Both the position numbers and the translations under genes were made by a program. A stretch of 64,000 nt of DNA from Eledone cirrhosa (taxonomy: Eukaryota): the NCBI GenBank assembly GCA_964016885.1, contig OZ024743.1, positions 359,662,001-359,726,000 of the forward strand, read 5' to 3'. The notes below the pieces were generated by a model. It made no database searches. It saw only the letters and a program-made list of their open reading frames with translations, and was not told the origin of the DNA. Shown one piece after another: positions 28,931 to 41,490 of this stretch; position 1 is the first letter of the stretch, and each line of letters begins with the position of its first letter.

Positions 28931-29450
28931 TTACCCACTGGGGAGAGGAGCAGAATTTCTCTCTCAACCCTCACCTTCTTTCCAGGTGAAACTTGAAAAG
29001 GTTGATGAGGGATTCGCTGAAGAGAACAGTATCTTCTTCAGTCTTTTCAAACTGGTCTACCACACAGCATCTTTCACTACCACCAACTGACAGAGGAAAA
29101 CTAGCTTCCCTTCCCGACCAAAAGAAGGAAGCAGGGTGATCTTCACTATTGACTTGGTCGATAGCCGGATCCGTACTACTCGCGACAACAGCTGTTCGAC
29201 ATAACTCCACAAGTCAGTAATATACCGACACTGGACGAGTGAGTGGAGAACGGTTTCGTCGCTCTGCGTGCATCTCGGGCAGGTCCGTTTGACAGCATTT
29301 CTATGCCTGTAGAGTTAATCTCGAACCGGTGGTGTCCTCCTGTAGCACTGCCAATTGAGGGATTTCTGGAAGTTATCCAAATATTATGGGGTCTCCTTTC
29401 TTGAGGGAGCCTTATATCCTCTTTGTAACAAAAGATTCTAACACAATGAT
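28931..29450 (-). mobile_element. Additional Tx1-like fragments (3' region paralogous to 27330-27500)
   Basis: ccaaaagaaggaagcagggt..tcttcact..ggtcgatagccggatc occurs at both 27379 and 29118. Confidence 0.6.
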
Positions 29451-29519
29451 TTAAACACATTTAAACAATAAACTTAGCCGAGTTCACAATAGCACGTCTA
29501 CACAATTCAATCAACATTA

Positions 29520-29865
29520 ATAATTGTTTCTACTTTTGACACAATGCCAGCAAATACCCAGTGAATTACTGGTACTTTATTTTATCGACCCGGTAAGGAT
29601 GACAGGTAAAGTTAACCTCGGCGGGATTTGAACTCAGAATAGCAAGGGCTGTAACTCTTTGCTGCAAAGCATGGCGTCAGACCCTCTACCGATACTGCAA
29701 ATCCAGCCATTATCAATTGAATCAACATTAATAATAGTTTCTAAATTGAGGAAAAAGGCCAATAATTTTCAGGGTGGGGAAAGTCGATTAAATCAACATC
29801 AGTGCGTTACTGGTATTTTATTTTATCGACCCCGTTAGCATGAAAGGCAAAGCCAACATTGGCAA
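29520..29865 (-). mobile_element. Two adjacent tRNA-derived SINE copies (one 5'-truncated)
   Basis: actggtact..ttttatcgaccc..gatga.agg.aaag core at ~29570 and ~29810. Confidence 0.7.
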
Positions 29866-31094
29866 TAATAATAGTAGCAAGCCGACCCACTGGAGAGTAA
29901 ATTATAGATTTACAGAAGATATAATTCACCGTTCGATATTTATAAGGGAGCGCCTTTATAAATGTCATCCACTCTCTCTGTGTAGAGCTGTAAAATATTA
30001 TGATGTCAATTGAGTTGACCCTACATTTACAAAGAGTGAACGTCAAAAGAAAGGTTTCCAATCACCCCAACGTTAAAGATCAATCTATGTTTCGATTCTG
30101 CCGTTAGGATCAAACGACATCTTCACCGAATAAATGCGCAATTAGAGAAAATTAACCAGATATTATTCATTAGATGTATGCATGCAGTCATTTTTATGAC
30201 ACACCATCGACATTTTATTCTAATTTAAAATTTTTTCTCGCAGCAAGAAATGGTTTGGTTTGAAAAGTATGGAAGTAATAAAAATTAAATCTAAAGAAAA
30301 AAGGAAATGCTTTCAAACTTTAATCATTCTTCGCTTATTTGAAATTTATCCAATACCGTTTTATTTTGCTATCGCGAATTATTTTGCATGACTCGGAAAT
30401 AAAGTGACATGCTTTCAGTATTCTCGCAGCGGTGAACTATTAGGAGATAGAAATGGTTACATAGTTACTAATCACTGTACAACCACACACAGATGCACAC
30501 ACACACACACACATACAAACACACACAAACACACAGACACACACACACAGACACACACACACGCGCACACACACACACGCATACACACAGATACACACAT
30601 ACACACACACACACAGACCCACACACTCAGAGATAGAACTGTCTCCAGCCTATAAACACTCAATTAAACTGTACTAAATGGTGAGTAACCAAGTGAAGAC
30701 TGAAACAGTATGCCTGCAAAATGAAGCTGACACAGGCTGCGCCCATTTGCCCACTCGCATATTTTGCATCAAATATATATTTACGTATTATATATATACA
30801 TAAATATGTGTTGTAAAATCCACTTTTTCATGCTTGCATGGAGCTTATCCCAGTTTCACGGACGGCAAATAACTAGAAGTACATGACTTGACCTCAGTTC
30901 GTTGAAAGGCTAATCCCCAATTGGGGCTAGTAATCATTTTTAACATAGTAAACTTCACTAATGTGAAACAAGGCGTCTTTCTCAAGAGCAACACGCATCA
31001 GCCCGTCTGGGAATACAACCAATGGCTTTATGATAATGGGTTCAACACCTTGATCAATAAACCAACATATGCTGAACCTCATAGTTCTCTGGGA

Positions 31095-31540
31095 ATAGTT
31101 ACATTAAAGCTCCGACGAGTGGCAACTGACATGGACGACACCAACAAGATTATTAACTATCTTTCCGACAACAACCCTGAGCACCTTTTCGAATTCCATG
31201 TGTCTAACACACTTGGACATGCTTACAAAATCAGAAAACAGTGCAGCTCTAATGCCTTTCGGAAACATTTTTTGACGCTCAGAGTTGCGGAAGTATGGAA
31301 CAAACTATCTGCATCAGTTGTTAGCTGTTAGGACACTGCATCCTTCAAAACTTCCATGCTTCATGAAATTCGCTAACAATACACCTGATATTCCCCCTCC
31401 ATACACACTCACGTCTGTCTGTGTGTATCATGATTCATACACTGTTCACTTTCCTGATTTTTGTACATTATGCCATGTACTATACATGCACCGTTGATGA
31501 GTTGTACTGCACCTGAGCTCTGCACACAATAATTTTCATT
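31095..31540 (+). mobile_element. CR1-clade LINE 3' end
   Basis: TLKLRRVATD..KII..NTLGHAYKI..RKHFLTLRVAEVWNKL, a typical CR1 ORF2 C-terminus. Confidence 0.75.
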
Positions 31541-31749
31541 GTATAGATATGACAGATAAATATCTTTTGAAACAGCGAGCGAGTTTGAGAACAGAAATAG
31601 AAGCTTTCGCCGAATTTTTGACTAAAGAAATGTTAGCCTGATAGTGGGGTTTAGAACCCTCTAAGAAATAGAGAAAGATGACTATTGACTTATATATATC
31701 TATATATATGTATCGAATAAGATTATTGTTTATCTTATTGTTATGTAGT

Positions 31750-31940
31750 AATAATTGTTTATACTTTTGGCATAAAGCGAGTAATTATCCTAATACGTTA
31801 CTGGTACATTATTCTATCGACCGTAAGGTTGAAATGCAAAGTTAACTTTGGCGGGATTTGAACACAGAACGTAAAGTGACGTAACTATGCTGTAAAGCAT
31901 GGCGTCCGAACCTCTACCGATACTGCCAAACCACCGCGTA
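31750..31940 (-). mobile_element. tRNA-derived SINE
   Basis: Same family core as 24405 and 29520. Confidence 0.7.
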
Positions 31941-31946
31941 GTAATA

Positions 31947-32085
31947 ATGGTAGTTAAATCACCATAATTGTTTATTGCATTATATATATTTCTGTTACAT
32001 GTTTATTCCTGTTATAACCATGTAACAGAAATATATATCATGCAGTAAACAATTATAGTGATTTAATCCCGACTTAACTACCATT
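31947..32085. repeat. Imperfect ~140-bp hairpin
   Basis: taaatcaccataattgtttattgcat..tttctgttacatg / catgtaacagaaa..atgcagtaaacaattatagtgattta. Confidence 0.75.
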
Positions 32086-32088
32086 AAT

Positions 32089-32122
<34 letters not shown>

Positions 32123-32127
<5 letters not shown>

Positions 32128-32669
32128 TTAGTTAAGCAAAACAAGACCACAAATTTCACAAGGAAGACATTATTAAAAGATTGTCAACATATTTTAGTTT
32201 GATGTAAGGAATGTAGAGAATAATAATAATAATATTAATAATAATAATGTCCATTTACAATTGTTTCACTACTCCATATAATATTTCTGGATCAGATGAC
32301 TATATATCATAATTGATCGATCTTGTTTAGTTGAAAATAATTAACATATTTAAAAACAGAGCGGCTCATCGGAACTTCAAAGGAATATAAATTAGAATAA
32401 TGAGAGAATGTTACTTAATATGTTGACTATCTTTTAATAATGTCTTCCTTGTGAAATTTGTGGTCTTGTTTTGCTTAACTAATGAATATTTCTAGCTCTG
32501 CGCACCTAACTTCTGCATGAACCCAGCCACCCAGCTGCTTTCTACTGCATATTGCACATTGAGCACATGCCTTTATGCTTTGGCTTCTAACTAATTCACC
32601 AATCTCTCCTCTCATATCTCCTCTCCTATCTCCATCTCTCTCTTTAAGATTGGTTACTCTTGAACTGTG

Positions 32670-32670
<1 letters not shown>
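32123..32670. mobile_element. Fold-back plus tail short element in (TA)n
   Basis: 32123-32192 is the reverse complement of 32417-32489, followed by a ~180-bp tail. Remnant GAAAcaattgTA on minus at ~32255. Confidence 0.7.
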
Positions 32671-32750
<80 letters not shown>

Positions 32751-32754
<4 letters not shown>

Positions 32755-33433
32755 AACGGTCACTTCACTCAGGCAATACTAACTGCGAAAGTCCGAAAGT
32801 TTCTAGTTGATAAAAAAATTAGGATGTTGTAATTCAATCCGGAGCTTTGTAGTTATGTAAGAGTTGTTTCCAGAGGTTCATCCCCGAAACTCTCGAGCCA
32901 CGTATGATCCCTCAAGGACTCAAGTATTGACTACTCTATTCAATATAAAACCATCACTAAGTCCAAGCCATACGCAAGGCGCAATCCGTCGTGTGGACTA
33001 TGTATTGATGAACGAATAAACATTCTAAAGAGATTACGCAATAGCGATTGCCTAAACCCAAGATTTGAATTCTTTACACGTTGTCCACACGCCTGGAAAC
33101 ACCTCTTACATAACTACAAAGCTCCGGATTGAATTACAACAACATCCTAATTTTCTTATCAACTAGAAACTTTCGGACTTTCGCAGTTATCTCCCTTACA
33201 CCTCTCACACGCAATTTAGTATTGCCTAAGTGAAGTGACCGTTTCTGCACATGCACGTTCGTGCCATTATCCTTCCTGTTCCGTATAACCATGTCCATTA
33301 CGAGCTGAGGGCCCGCTAAGGTGAAACAATTGTTCTCGGTATGGTGAACTAACTGTTGTGTAACCACTTCTACCTACCTCGTCCCATGGACTGAGTGCTC
33401 AACCAATACGGATATTACCTTCCAGTTTTCTAC

Positions 33434-33437
<4 letters not shown>
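32751..33437 (+). mobile_element. Naiad-type PLE 3' fragment (GIY-YIG C-terminus) with inverted arm and HHR-bearing tail
   Basis: 32880-33132 reads LSSHV*SLK..YSIQY..SKPY..CGLCIDERINI..LNPRFEFFTRCPH. 32751-32873 is inverted to 33093-33248. Confidence 0.8.
33291..33344 (+). ncRNA. Type I HHR (A9 changed to G)
   Basis: ccattacgag CTGAGGG cc-cgctaa-ggt GAAA caattg TT ctcggtatgg. Confidence 0.6.
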
Positions 33438-33487
<50 letters not shown>

Positions 33488-33763
33488 TATTCAAAATGTT
33501 AATAAATGAAAAATAATCTCATAATCAAAATATATATTTTATTATACATATTTCAAAGGTACAGTGGTGTTTAAGTACGTTTTCATCAGACAAAATATAT
33601 GATTTTATATGACATACCGCTACGGTTTCGATTATTCAATTCCAGTATTGGCAACACTGTTGAGTGCTTCTAATCTATTGTAATATTGTATTCGTTGAGT
33701 AATCAACGAACCATTTTAATCTTTTGTTATATATATATATATATATATATATAAATATATATA

Positions 33764-33897
33764 TAACGAAGGAACTATGGTAAGGAACCAGCTGGACCAT
33801 AACGCACCAGAATACTCTATACTTAGGGTAGTAAAGTGGGTAATAGGAAAAGAGTCAGGACGGAGCTCAGCCGTCGGGGTCCTGACTATTTTCCTAT
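33764..33897 (+). mobile_element. Family A copy 3 with short terminal hairpin
   Basis: aggaaaagagtcaggac..gtcctgactattttcct after the conserved 80-bp segment. Confidence 0.8.
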
Positions 33898-33922
33898 ATA
33901 TATGTATATATATATATATATA

Positions 33923-34590
33923 TACATTATGAAGAGAGAAGAAACATTTAGATATAATTAGTAATAAAATGTATCATACCCAAACTGCTCCTAGATTCCT
34001 CGACTACGTAGTTTCGTGGCATAAACAAAAACAATACATCATAAAGATATAGAGTCCTTGCGAGGTCTGCCGACTTATCAAGAGGATACCCCATTACTCA
34101 TACTTCTCGCCTCCTTCACCACCTCTTCTACGGCTTCGATATAAATACCCCCTCCGCCTCCCTGGTATTTTCTTCGGGGTTATAAGAGGCTTAGCTCTGT
34201 TTCTCGACCGTTATATCGCGTGACTATCTCCCCCTCCGCCTTTTGGGATTCTTTCTCACGTCGTGTAGACGCGTTCTTGAAGCTTGTAAAATGAGGTATC
34301 CTCTTGATAAGTCGGCAGACCTCGCAAGGACTCTATATCTTTATGATGTATTGTTTTTGTTTATGCCACGAAACTACGTAGTCGAGGAATCTAGGAGCAG
34401 TTTGGGTATGATACATTTTATTACTAATTATATCTAAATGTTTCTTCTCTCTTCATAATGTATTTTTAACTCTGATACTGGTTCAGTCTGATTCAACCGG
34501 ATTGGTCTGTCCCAGTCATTCATTGAGCAACAGCGGTAAGGTTGGCACCATTTAACTCACGGTTGGGTGTGGATGCATTCATGTATATGT
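33923..34590 (+). mobile_element. Fold-back plus tail element with ~170-bp near-perfect arms, each holding a U3-A8 HHR
   Basis: 33923-34095 is the reverse complement of 34290-34462; tail 34463-34590. Confidence 0.85.
34299..34388 (+). ncRNA. Type I HHR, U3-A8 variant (inverse copy at 33994-34086)
   Basis: cctc TTGATAA(34304-10) gt-cggca...tgcc-ac GAAA ctacgtag TC gagg. Confidence 0.75.
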
Positions 34591-34617
34591 GAGTGTCCGC
34601 ATGTATCTGTGTGTTTC

Positions 34618-34659
<42 letters not shown>

Positions 34660-34662
<3 letters not shown>

Positions 34663-35038
34663 CTCTGAAATAGCGATGCAGTATAATATTAAATATACAA
34701 TATATACACTCATATTTATACATTGCTATTTCAGAGCCCTAACAAAAATTTCAAATTGTTGCTGGGCTGGTAACCGCTCTGTATGTTAATGAGTTTAAAC
34801 AGCTTATAAACATAATTGGCATTCTTTAGGAATCCAGTTCTACAGCTCACAGCAAAAGCAGAGGGGTATATAACCTTCATAACCGCTAAACAGCGAAAAA
34901 GGCGTTGGTTATTCCCTATTATTTTTCATGAAGTTAGGTACGTGACAATAGTCACTATCTTCATTTCATAGCGAAAGGTCTTCAAAATGTTTTTAAAAAA
35001 TAAACATACAGTATATTATTAAATATAAAATACGTACA

Positions 35039-35043
<5 letters not shown>
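34660..35043 (+). mobile_element. Diverged monomer of the 318-bp HHR family, starting with an inverted arm
   Basis: gctctgaaatagcgatg / cattgctatttcagagc; taacc TTCATAA..cgct-aaac-agcGAAA..TT ggtta; gtcactat..ggtcttcaaaatg. Confidence 0.72.
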
Positions 35044-35085
<42 letters not shown>

Positions 35086-35835
35086 GAAAAATCTTTCGAA
35101 TCGACCTGTTACGTGCATTTCGACCTGAACGAGGTGAAAGCAGCTAGTTGGTCAGTCGTCCTCTCTGTCTCTGATTTCTGACCCATGGATTTTATATTTT
35201 CCTTTGTTATATTTCGAATACCTGATGATATCACATGATTCATACGGAACGCGGTCATTGGAATGATCATAGTATAATAAACTTTTCAAGGATTTACACC
35301 AGTCCAGCCTCCTGTTATTTTATTTATAATAACTAAGTCCGTATTAGCACCACCAACTACACAAACGAAGACGGGTAACTGCACTACGTTCACTACTCTC
35401 CATAATAGTACATCAACATTGACCATACGGAATGACCAATTCTATCCAATGGTGAACCAACAAACCTAAATGAATATATATATATATATATATATAATCA
35501 GTTAAAACAATGGCATTAAGCAGATACCAAGTAAATTAATTTAATAATTTAACCTCTCTATATGTAATTTTTCTTAAAATATTCACCACTTTTCGGGGCT
35601 CGGTGTATAAATAGCACGTTTTCACTTCGTTAATGTAGGATGTGTATATTTATATGCATACATGCAAATACACACATACACACACATATATATATATATG
35701 TGTGTGTCTGTGTGTGGATATATATATATATAAATATGTATGATATATATATATATGCGCGTGATTGTGTGTGCGAGTGTAGATATAGACCAACACCCAC
35801 ACTAACATCACAACCACTACTCCCCCCGCACTCGT

Positions 35836-35975
35836 ACCACCAGCACCACCACCACCACCAGCAGCATCTCCACCATCACCACCAGCAGCACCACCACCAC
35901 CACCACCAGCATCTCCACCACCACCACCAGCACCACCAGCACCACCAGCACCACCAGCACCACCACCACATCCAC
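35836..35975. repeat. (CAC/CAG)n trinucleotide repeat
   Basis: Direct reading. Confidence 0.9.
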
Positions 35976-36420
35976 CTGCAGTTCAAACTCCATATATATA
36001 AATGTATATATAATGCAAAAACGTACACTCACATATATATGCACATATATAGAGGTGCGTCCAAAAAGGCAGCTATTTGAGATAACGTAAAAGAGTGAGA
36101 CACACACTATGCAAATAGCGAAGTATTTCTAATGAAGTGCGCAAAGATAATTTTGTGTACGTATGCCGTGAGGTGAATAATTGTCAGTTCATCAGGACAT
36201 GTATAGTTTTATAATTTATTCATACGTGCATTGTATAGATAATGTCAATATATATACATATATATATATATAATAGACCCGCATTTCATCATTTACGCAT
36301 GGAAATAATAAGAATTTCGCATATAACTGCGAAGTGAATCATGTATGCGATAATTTTTTACCTAAATATTTGAGTGGTTATGGGTGACATGTGTGATTAG
36401 AAATGTTTACACACACACAC

Positions 36421-36456
<36 letters not shown>

Positions 36457-36956
36457 GTATATATATATATGTATATATATATATGTGTGTACATTAAGAA
36501 ATGTGTATATATCACAAATAAATATATTCATATATATACATGCATATACTAAATTTATGCAATCACGATCATACATTAATGCAATTGTGTTGACACTTAA
36601 ATAAAGGCATATATGTATATATGTATATATATATATATGTGTGTATATATATATATTTCGTTTCTGAATTTGTTTAGCAAGATTCTTTATCTGTAAACGT
36701 GTGTTGAAACTTTGGGAGGGTAATGTTGCCAATAAGAAAGACACGCACCGCGTGCTTTCACCTCAATTTATTATAATGAATTTGTAAATTTAGGAATATA
36801 TAAATTTCCGGTTGGTTGGTTGGTTCCACAACCAGATGATTGTTTATATATTGTCAAAGTTCTTTCGTCACACATTCTGTAACCTCTTCAGTGACTGGGG
36901 ATTCTTTTCTTTGTTTTTGTGCCTCTCCTTTGTTCTGTCCTACGCCATCTTGTTTT

Positions 36957-36999
<43 letters not shown>

Positions 37000-37701
37000 A
37001 TAAATATACATGTATATATATACATGTATATATATGGGTGTGTATAATATAATATATGTAAATATATATAAATATATATATATTCATGATGGCTGCCCCT
37101 CGTTATCGAGTATGGCCATTGCACGATATACCATTATTAATAATTATCAATTCTTCTCCTAGAAGAATGCCCTGACAAAGGCTAGGGGTCCTTCACTCCC
37201 AGTAGTTTAACTGAACGATCAGGTGACCAGCCCGACTATTTTCATGTCACCGCGCATACACATACAAATACACCCATGTACATATACAAACATATATGTA
37301 CATGTGTATATACATATTTACACACTTTTGGATGGCCGTTGACTATTATGAGTTCTTCCGCCCTTTGTCAGGTTTTATCTTTGTCTTGCAAGGTGTTCAA
37401 AATCACCCTCCTCACCAAGTAAACTTGGTGGAATTGCCGGTTTATTCGCTGACGACTCGATCATGCGAGAGGTTGTACTGGTTACATGTTACCAGTAGCA
37501 CTCAAGAGTGACCCGACATACATACATGTATATATATACACACACACTCACACACTCACACACACACACACACATATATATATATGTGTATATATTTATA
37601 TATATATATATGTATACATATTTATATATACATATATATATATATATATACATATATACATACATATATATATACTTATATATATACATATATATATGTA
37701 C

Positions 37702-37766
<65 letters not shown>

Positions 37767-37970
37767 CACAAACACTCACCCACACACACACATATATATA
37801 TATATGTGTATATATTCATATATATACTGTATATATATATATACATATATATATATATAGAGAGAGAGAAAATTGAGGTTGGTAATGGCACATGGAATAT
37901 ATAAGAGACAGAATACTTTTTTGTGAAAAAACATATAATTTTATAAGGTAAGGAAATAATAAAGCGTATA

Positions 37971-38020
37971 AAAAATGACCGGTTTCGATGGGTCTGCAAA
38001 AGCCATCTTTTCAAATGTTG
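37971..38020 (-). ncRNA. U3-A8 HHR in the 3' pLTR
   Basis: Reverse complement: aacat TTGAAAA gatgg..ccatc GAAA ccgg TC atttt. Confidence 0.7.
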
Positions 38021-38383
38021 ATTAATATTAAGAAAAATTAATAATACGAAGAGTTAAAATTTGACATTTGAAAATTCAAGTATAAAATTCATTGTGGGAT
38101 TTCATAGTAGTTTTCATCCAGGTAGCAACAACAAGTTGACTGCTGTGTCCCTTTCTGGTAGTGAATGAGAAGTTATTTGGGGTGTGGGTTATTTTATAAA
38201 GGTCAGATTTAGCAATGGCCAACTGGCCAGCTGCTGGTCAGTGAGGGGGTGGAAGCAATATACATATATCTTCCTGTGGTGGGTAGGAGAGTGGAGCGTG
38301 ATAGAAAGGGATTTAGTGCACTTACACCTATATATACACACATACCTTCATCCACACATACATACATATACATATACATACAC

Positions 38384-38420
<37 letters not shown>

Positions 38421-38581
38421 CACACATACATACACACACACATACATATACATACACACATACACACACACACATATATACACATACACACACATATATA
38501 TATACACACACACACACATATATACATACACATACATCCAGATACACACATACATACACACACACACACACACATATATAT

Positions 38582-38631
<50 letters not shown>

Positions 38632-38729
38632 CCACACATACATACACACACACACACATATATATACATACACACATACAAACATACACACACACATATA
38701 TATATATATACATACACACACATATATAT

Positions 38730-38764
<35 letters not shown>

Positions 38765-39223
38765 CACATACGCATACATCCAGATATACACATACATACA
38801 CACACACACACACACACACGCACACAATACATACATCCACATGCACACACATACACACACACACACATATACACATACATACACCCACACACAGAGAAAT
38901 GGCCTCCAAATATATATATATATACATACATACACATATATTTTTTCCATAATATAAGAAGTTGGGACAGTGAAATTAAAATACAAGTCATTCTGATCAC
39001 ATTGAGTTCTTCATGTAGATTGGGCCCCGCAACCGACAGTGGTGAATTCTGTGTGCGCATATATATATAGATATATGTGTGTGCACGTGCAGGGTTTAAC
39101 ATGGAGGTGTTGGTCACACAAAGGCATGGTCTGTCAACGAATAAACCTGATTCTACAGAATTGGTCTCTGGTCTTTAATAGTAGTGATTCCGTGCGTATG
39201 TGTGTTTATATTTTATGACAATT

Positions 39224-40285
39224 CTATTGGGGTGATAACCCGTTTAGTTTTGGTTTAAATTTGTTAAGGAATAGATTTTCTTTGTTTATTCTTTGTTGCT
39301 GTGTGAACGAATCTGAGCACTTGTAGAAGGGGAAGATTTTAAAGTTGGGTAGTGTCATTCCTGCGCAGTTCGCAATATGGCTGCTCAAGGGGATTTTTCT
39401 TGTGTTAGCGTCCCGGATTTGTTGGCGGTGGATGGTCATTCTTTTGCGTAATGAGGTGCCCGTCTGTCCTATGTAGTTGTGTTTGCACCCACCGCAAGTT
39501 ATTGCGTAAATCAAGTTCTCCGAATTGCAGGTGAAATTGTTTTTTACTGTAAATGTTTGGCCATCTTTGAATGTAAATGTTTGTTGCACGTTGAGGCACG
39601 TTGCACAGTTTGTTCTACCACATTTGGTAACTGTAGGGTTGAGGATTGGTTTGGGTATATTTGGTCCAGCGAGAATGCGTTTAAGTGATTTGGGTTGTCT
39701 TTTACTTTTAAGGATCTTGTGTGTTTCTAGAATAGACTTCATTTTTACATCTTTAAGTAGGATGGGGAGGTTTTTGTGTAGGTGATCAAACATTTCGGTA
39801 TTTCTGGGGTTGAAAGTGGATACATATGGCAGGGTGTTGAGTGTGGTTTTCTGTTTTGGATTGTTAAGTTGATGGGGATTTAGGTGTTTTGCCCTGTCTA
39901 TTCCATTGTTGATTATTTCAAGTGGAAAGGCTCTTATGATAAGGGTGTCTTTTAGTTCCTTTAGTCTTTGCTCCCGTTTAGGTGGATCTGATACTATGGT
40001 ACATATACGTTTGGCCAAATTGTAAGGAATGTTAAGTTTTGTATGTTTTGGGTGACTTGATGTGAAAAAGAGGTATTGCTTGGAATCTGTGGGTTTATAA
40101 AATATATCTGTATCTAATTTCCCGTCTATTGCAGAGATGAGAATATCAAAGAAGGCTAATTCCTTAGGATTGGATTCCATTGTGAATTGTATGTTATTAT
40201 CTATGTTGTTTATCATGTTTTTAAACGTAGTGAGTTCATGTCTTCTTGCCATAGGATAAAGCAGTCGTCTAGATATCTTTTCCAA
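39224..40285 (-). CDS. PLE RT thumb, Cys linker and GIY-YIG endonuclease (C-terminal part, after one frameshift)
   Basis: IQFTME..LAFFDILI..TDIFYKPTDSKQYL..SSHPKH; CGRTNCATC; NLIYAITCGGCKHNYIGQTG..RMTIHRQQI..SSHI..E..KPKLN. Confidence 0.9.
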   Translation of the reverse strand: MEKISRRLLYPMARRHELTTFKNMINNIDNNIQFTMESNPKELAFFDILISAIDGKLDTDIFYKPTDSKQYLFFTSSHPKHTKLNIPYNLAKRICTIVSDPPKREQRLKELKDTLIIRAFPLEIINNGIDRAKHLNPHQLNNPKQKTTLNTLPYVSTFNPRNTEMFDHLHKNLPILLKDVKMKSILETHKILKSKRQPKSLKRILAGPNIPKPILNPTVTKCGRTNCATCLNVQQTFTFKDGQTFTVKNNFTCNSENLIYAITCGGCKHNYIGQTGTSLRKRMTIHRQQIRDANTRKIPLSSHIANCAGMTLPNFKIFPFYKCSDSFTQQQRINKENLFLNKFKPKLNGLSPQ

Positions 40286-41490
40286 TTGGCTTTGAGGTGT
40301 GTGTGGAAAGAGTCTCCAAATAAGAGAAGGGACTGACTGTATATTTGTTGTTCATGGAATCCCATGACTAGGTTGGCATATGTGGGTGCTACTTTCGTGC
40401 CCATTGCCGTACCTGATACTTGTCTGTATGTTGAACCATTGAATGTGAAGTAGTTATTTTGTAGGATAAAGCGGAGTCCGTCAGTGATAAAATCTGTGTT
40501 GATGCGTGTCGGTATTTCTGATGGGTGTGTGTTAAGCCAGTATTGGACTGCTGTTATTCCATAGTTGTGGGGTATGTTTGTGTAGAGGTTTATTACGTCA
40601 AAGGAGACAAGAATTGTATTTGCACTTACTGTTTTAGGGAGGTGTTTCAGCATGTCAAGGTCATCTCGTATGTAGCTCTGTATATGTTGTAGAAAGGGTT
40701 TCAGTAGGATGTCCAGAAAGTTGCTAAGTCTGTGGGTTTCACATGTAGGGCCTGCTATAATTGGCCTGAGTTTTAGGTCTTCTGGTGGTGTTAGTTCAAT
40801 GTAATTGTTGGTTGAGGTGTCACATGCATCGTTTATGGGTTTACATTTGTGGAGTTTCGGTAAGCCGTAAAAAGAGCTTGTATTGCATTTGAAGTGGCTT
40901 ATATAGTTAAACTCTTTTGTGGTTAAGCTGCTGCGGTATTTATTCAGTAAGGTCAAAAGGTTCCCCATTGTTTTGGTGTGTTTGTAGTTTTCTGTTTTTT
41001 CATAGTATGTGTTGTTTTCTAAAATGTTAAGTGCGAGGGTCCTATAGTAGTCCGTATTCATAATGACAACAGTACTGCCTTTATCGGCTTCTTTGATAGT
41101 TATCTCAGGGTTGTTTCTAAGTGTGAATAATTCTTCCCATTCGTGTGTAGATAGGTTTGATTTCTAGTGTTTATTTGTAATTTTTTCATAGGGAAAGTTG
41201 GTGATGTGTACGCAGTACGTGTCCAGTGCTTTATTTCTTCCCTTTTGTGGGCAGAAATTGCTTTTATTTCTAACCAGGGATTCGTCTTCAGTGTTGGTGT
41301 CGTTGTGGAAGAATTCCGTTAGTCGCAGCTTTCGGCAGTATTCCATGATGTCATCCTTCATTTCGGGGAAGTTTGGTTTACGTGGTGTAGGTGTAAATTT
41401 CAGGCCCTTACTTAAAATGTTGATTTGTGTGTTGGTTAGAGGTGTCTTTGAGAGGTTGATTATTTTTGGTTTCTCCTGAGGGGGGGCCAT
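40213..41490 (-). pseudogene. PLE reverse transcriptase (one in-frame TAG at 41164, one frameshift near 40240)
   Basis: IINLS..LSKGLKFTPTP; ITIKEADKGSTVVIMN; FYGLPKLHK; LRPIIAG; SFDVINLYTNIPH; GTAMGTKVAPTYANL; WKRYLDDCF. Confidence 0.9.

Noticed and set aside
32900-32910. In-frame TGA in a Naiad fragment as selenocysteine
   Set aside because: It falls at a conserved Trp position (TGG to TGA), not Cys. Cys codons in the Naiad ORFs here are ordinary, and I saw no SECIS.
35640-36080. Poly-His/Gln ORF as a transcription-factor exon (also 7424-7690)
   Set aside because: A trinucleotide repeat embedded among dinucleotide microsatellites, with no flanking domain or splice support.
37445-37505. CTGACGA followed by a ctcg/cgag stem as an HHR
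   Set aside because: No GAAA after stem II and no stem I partner.
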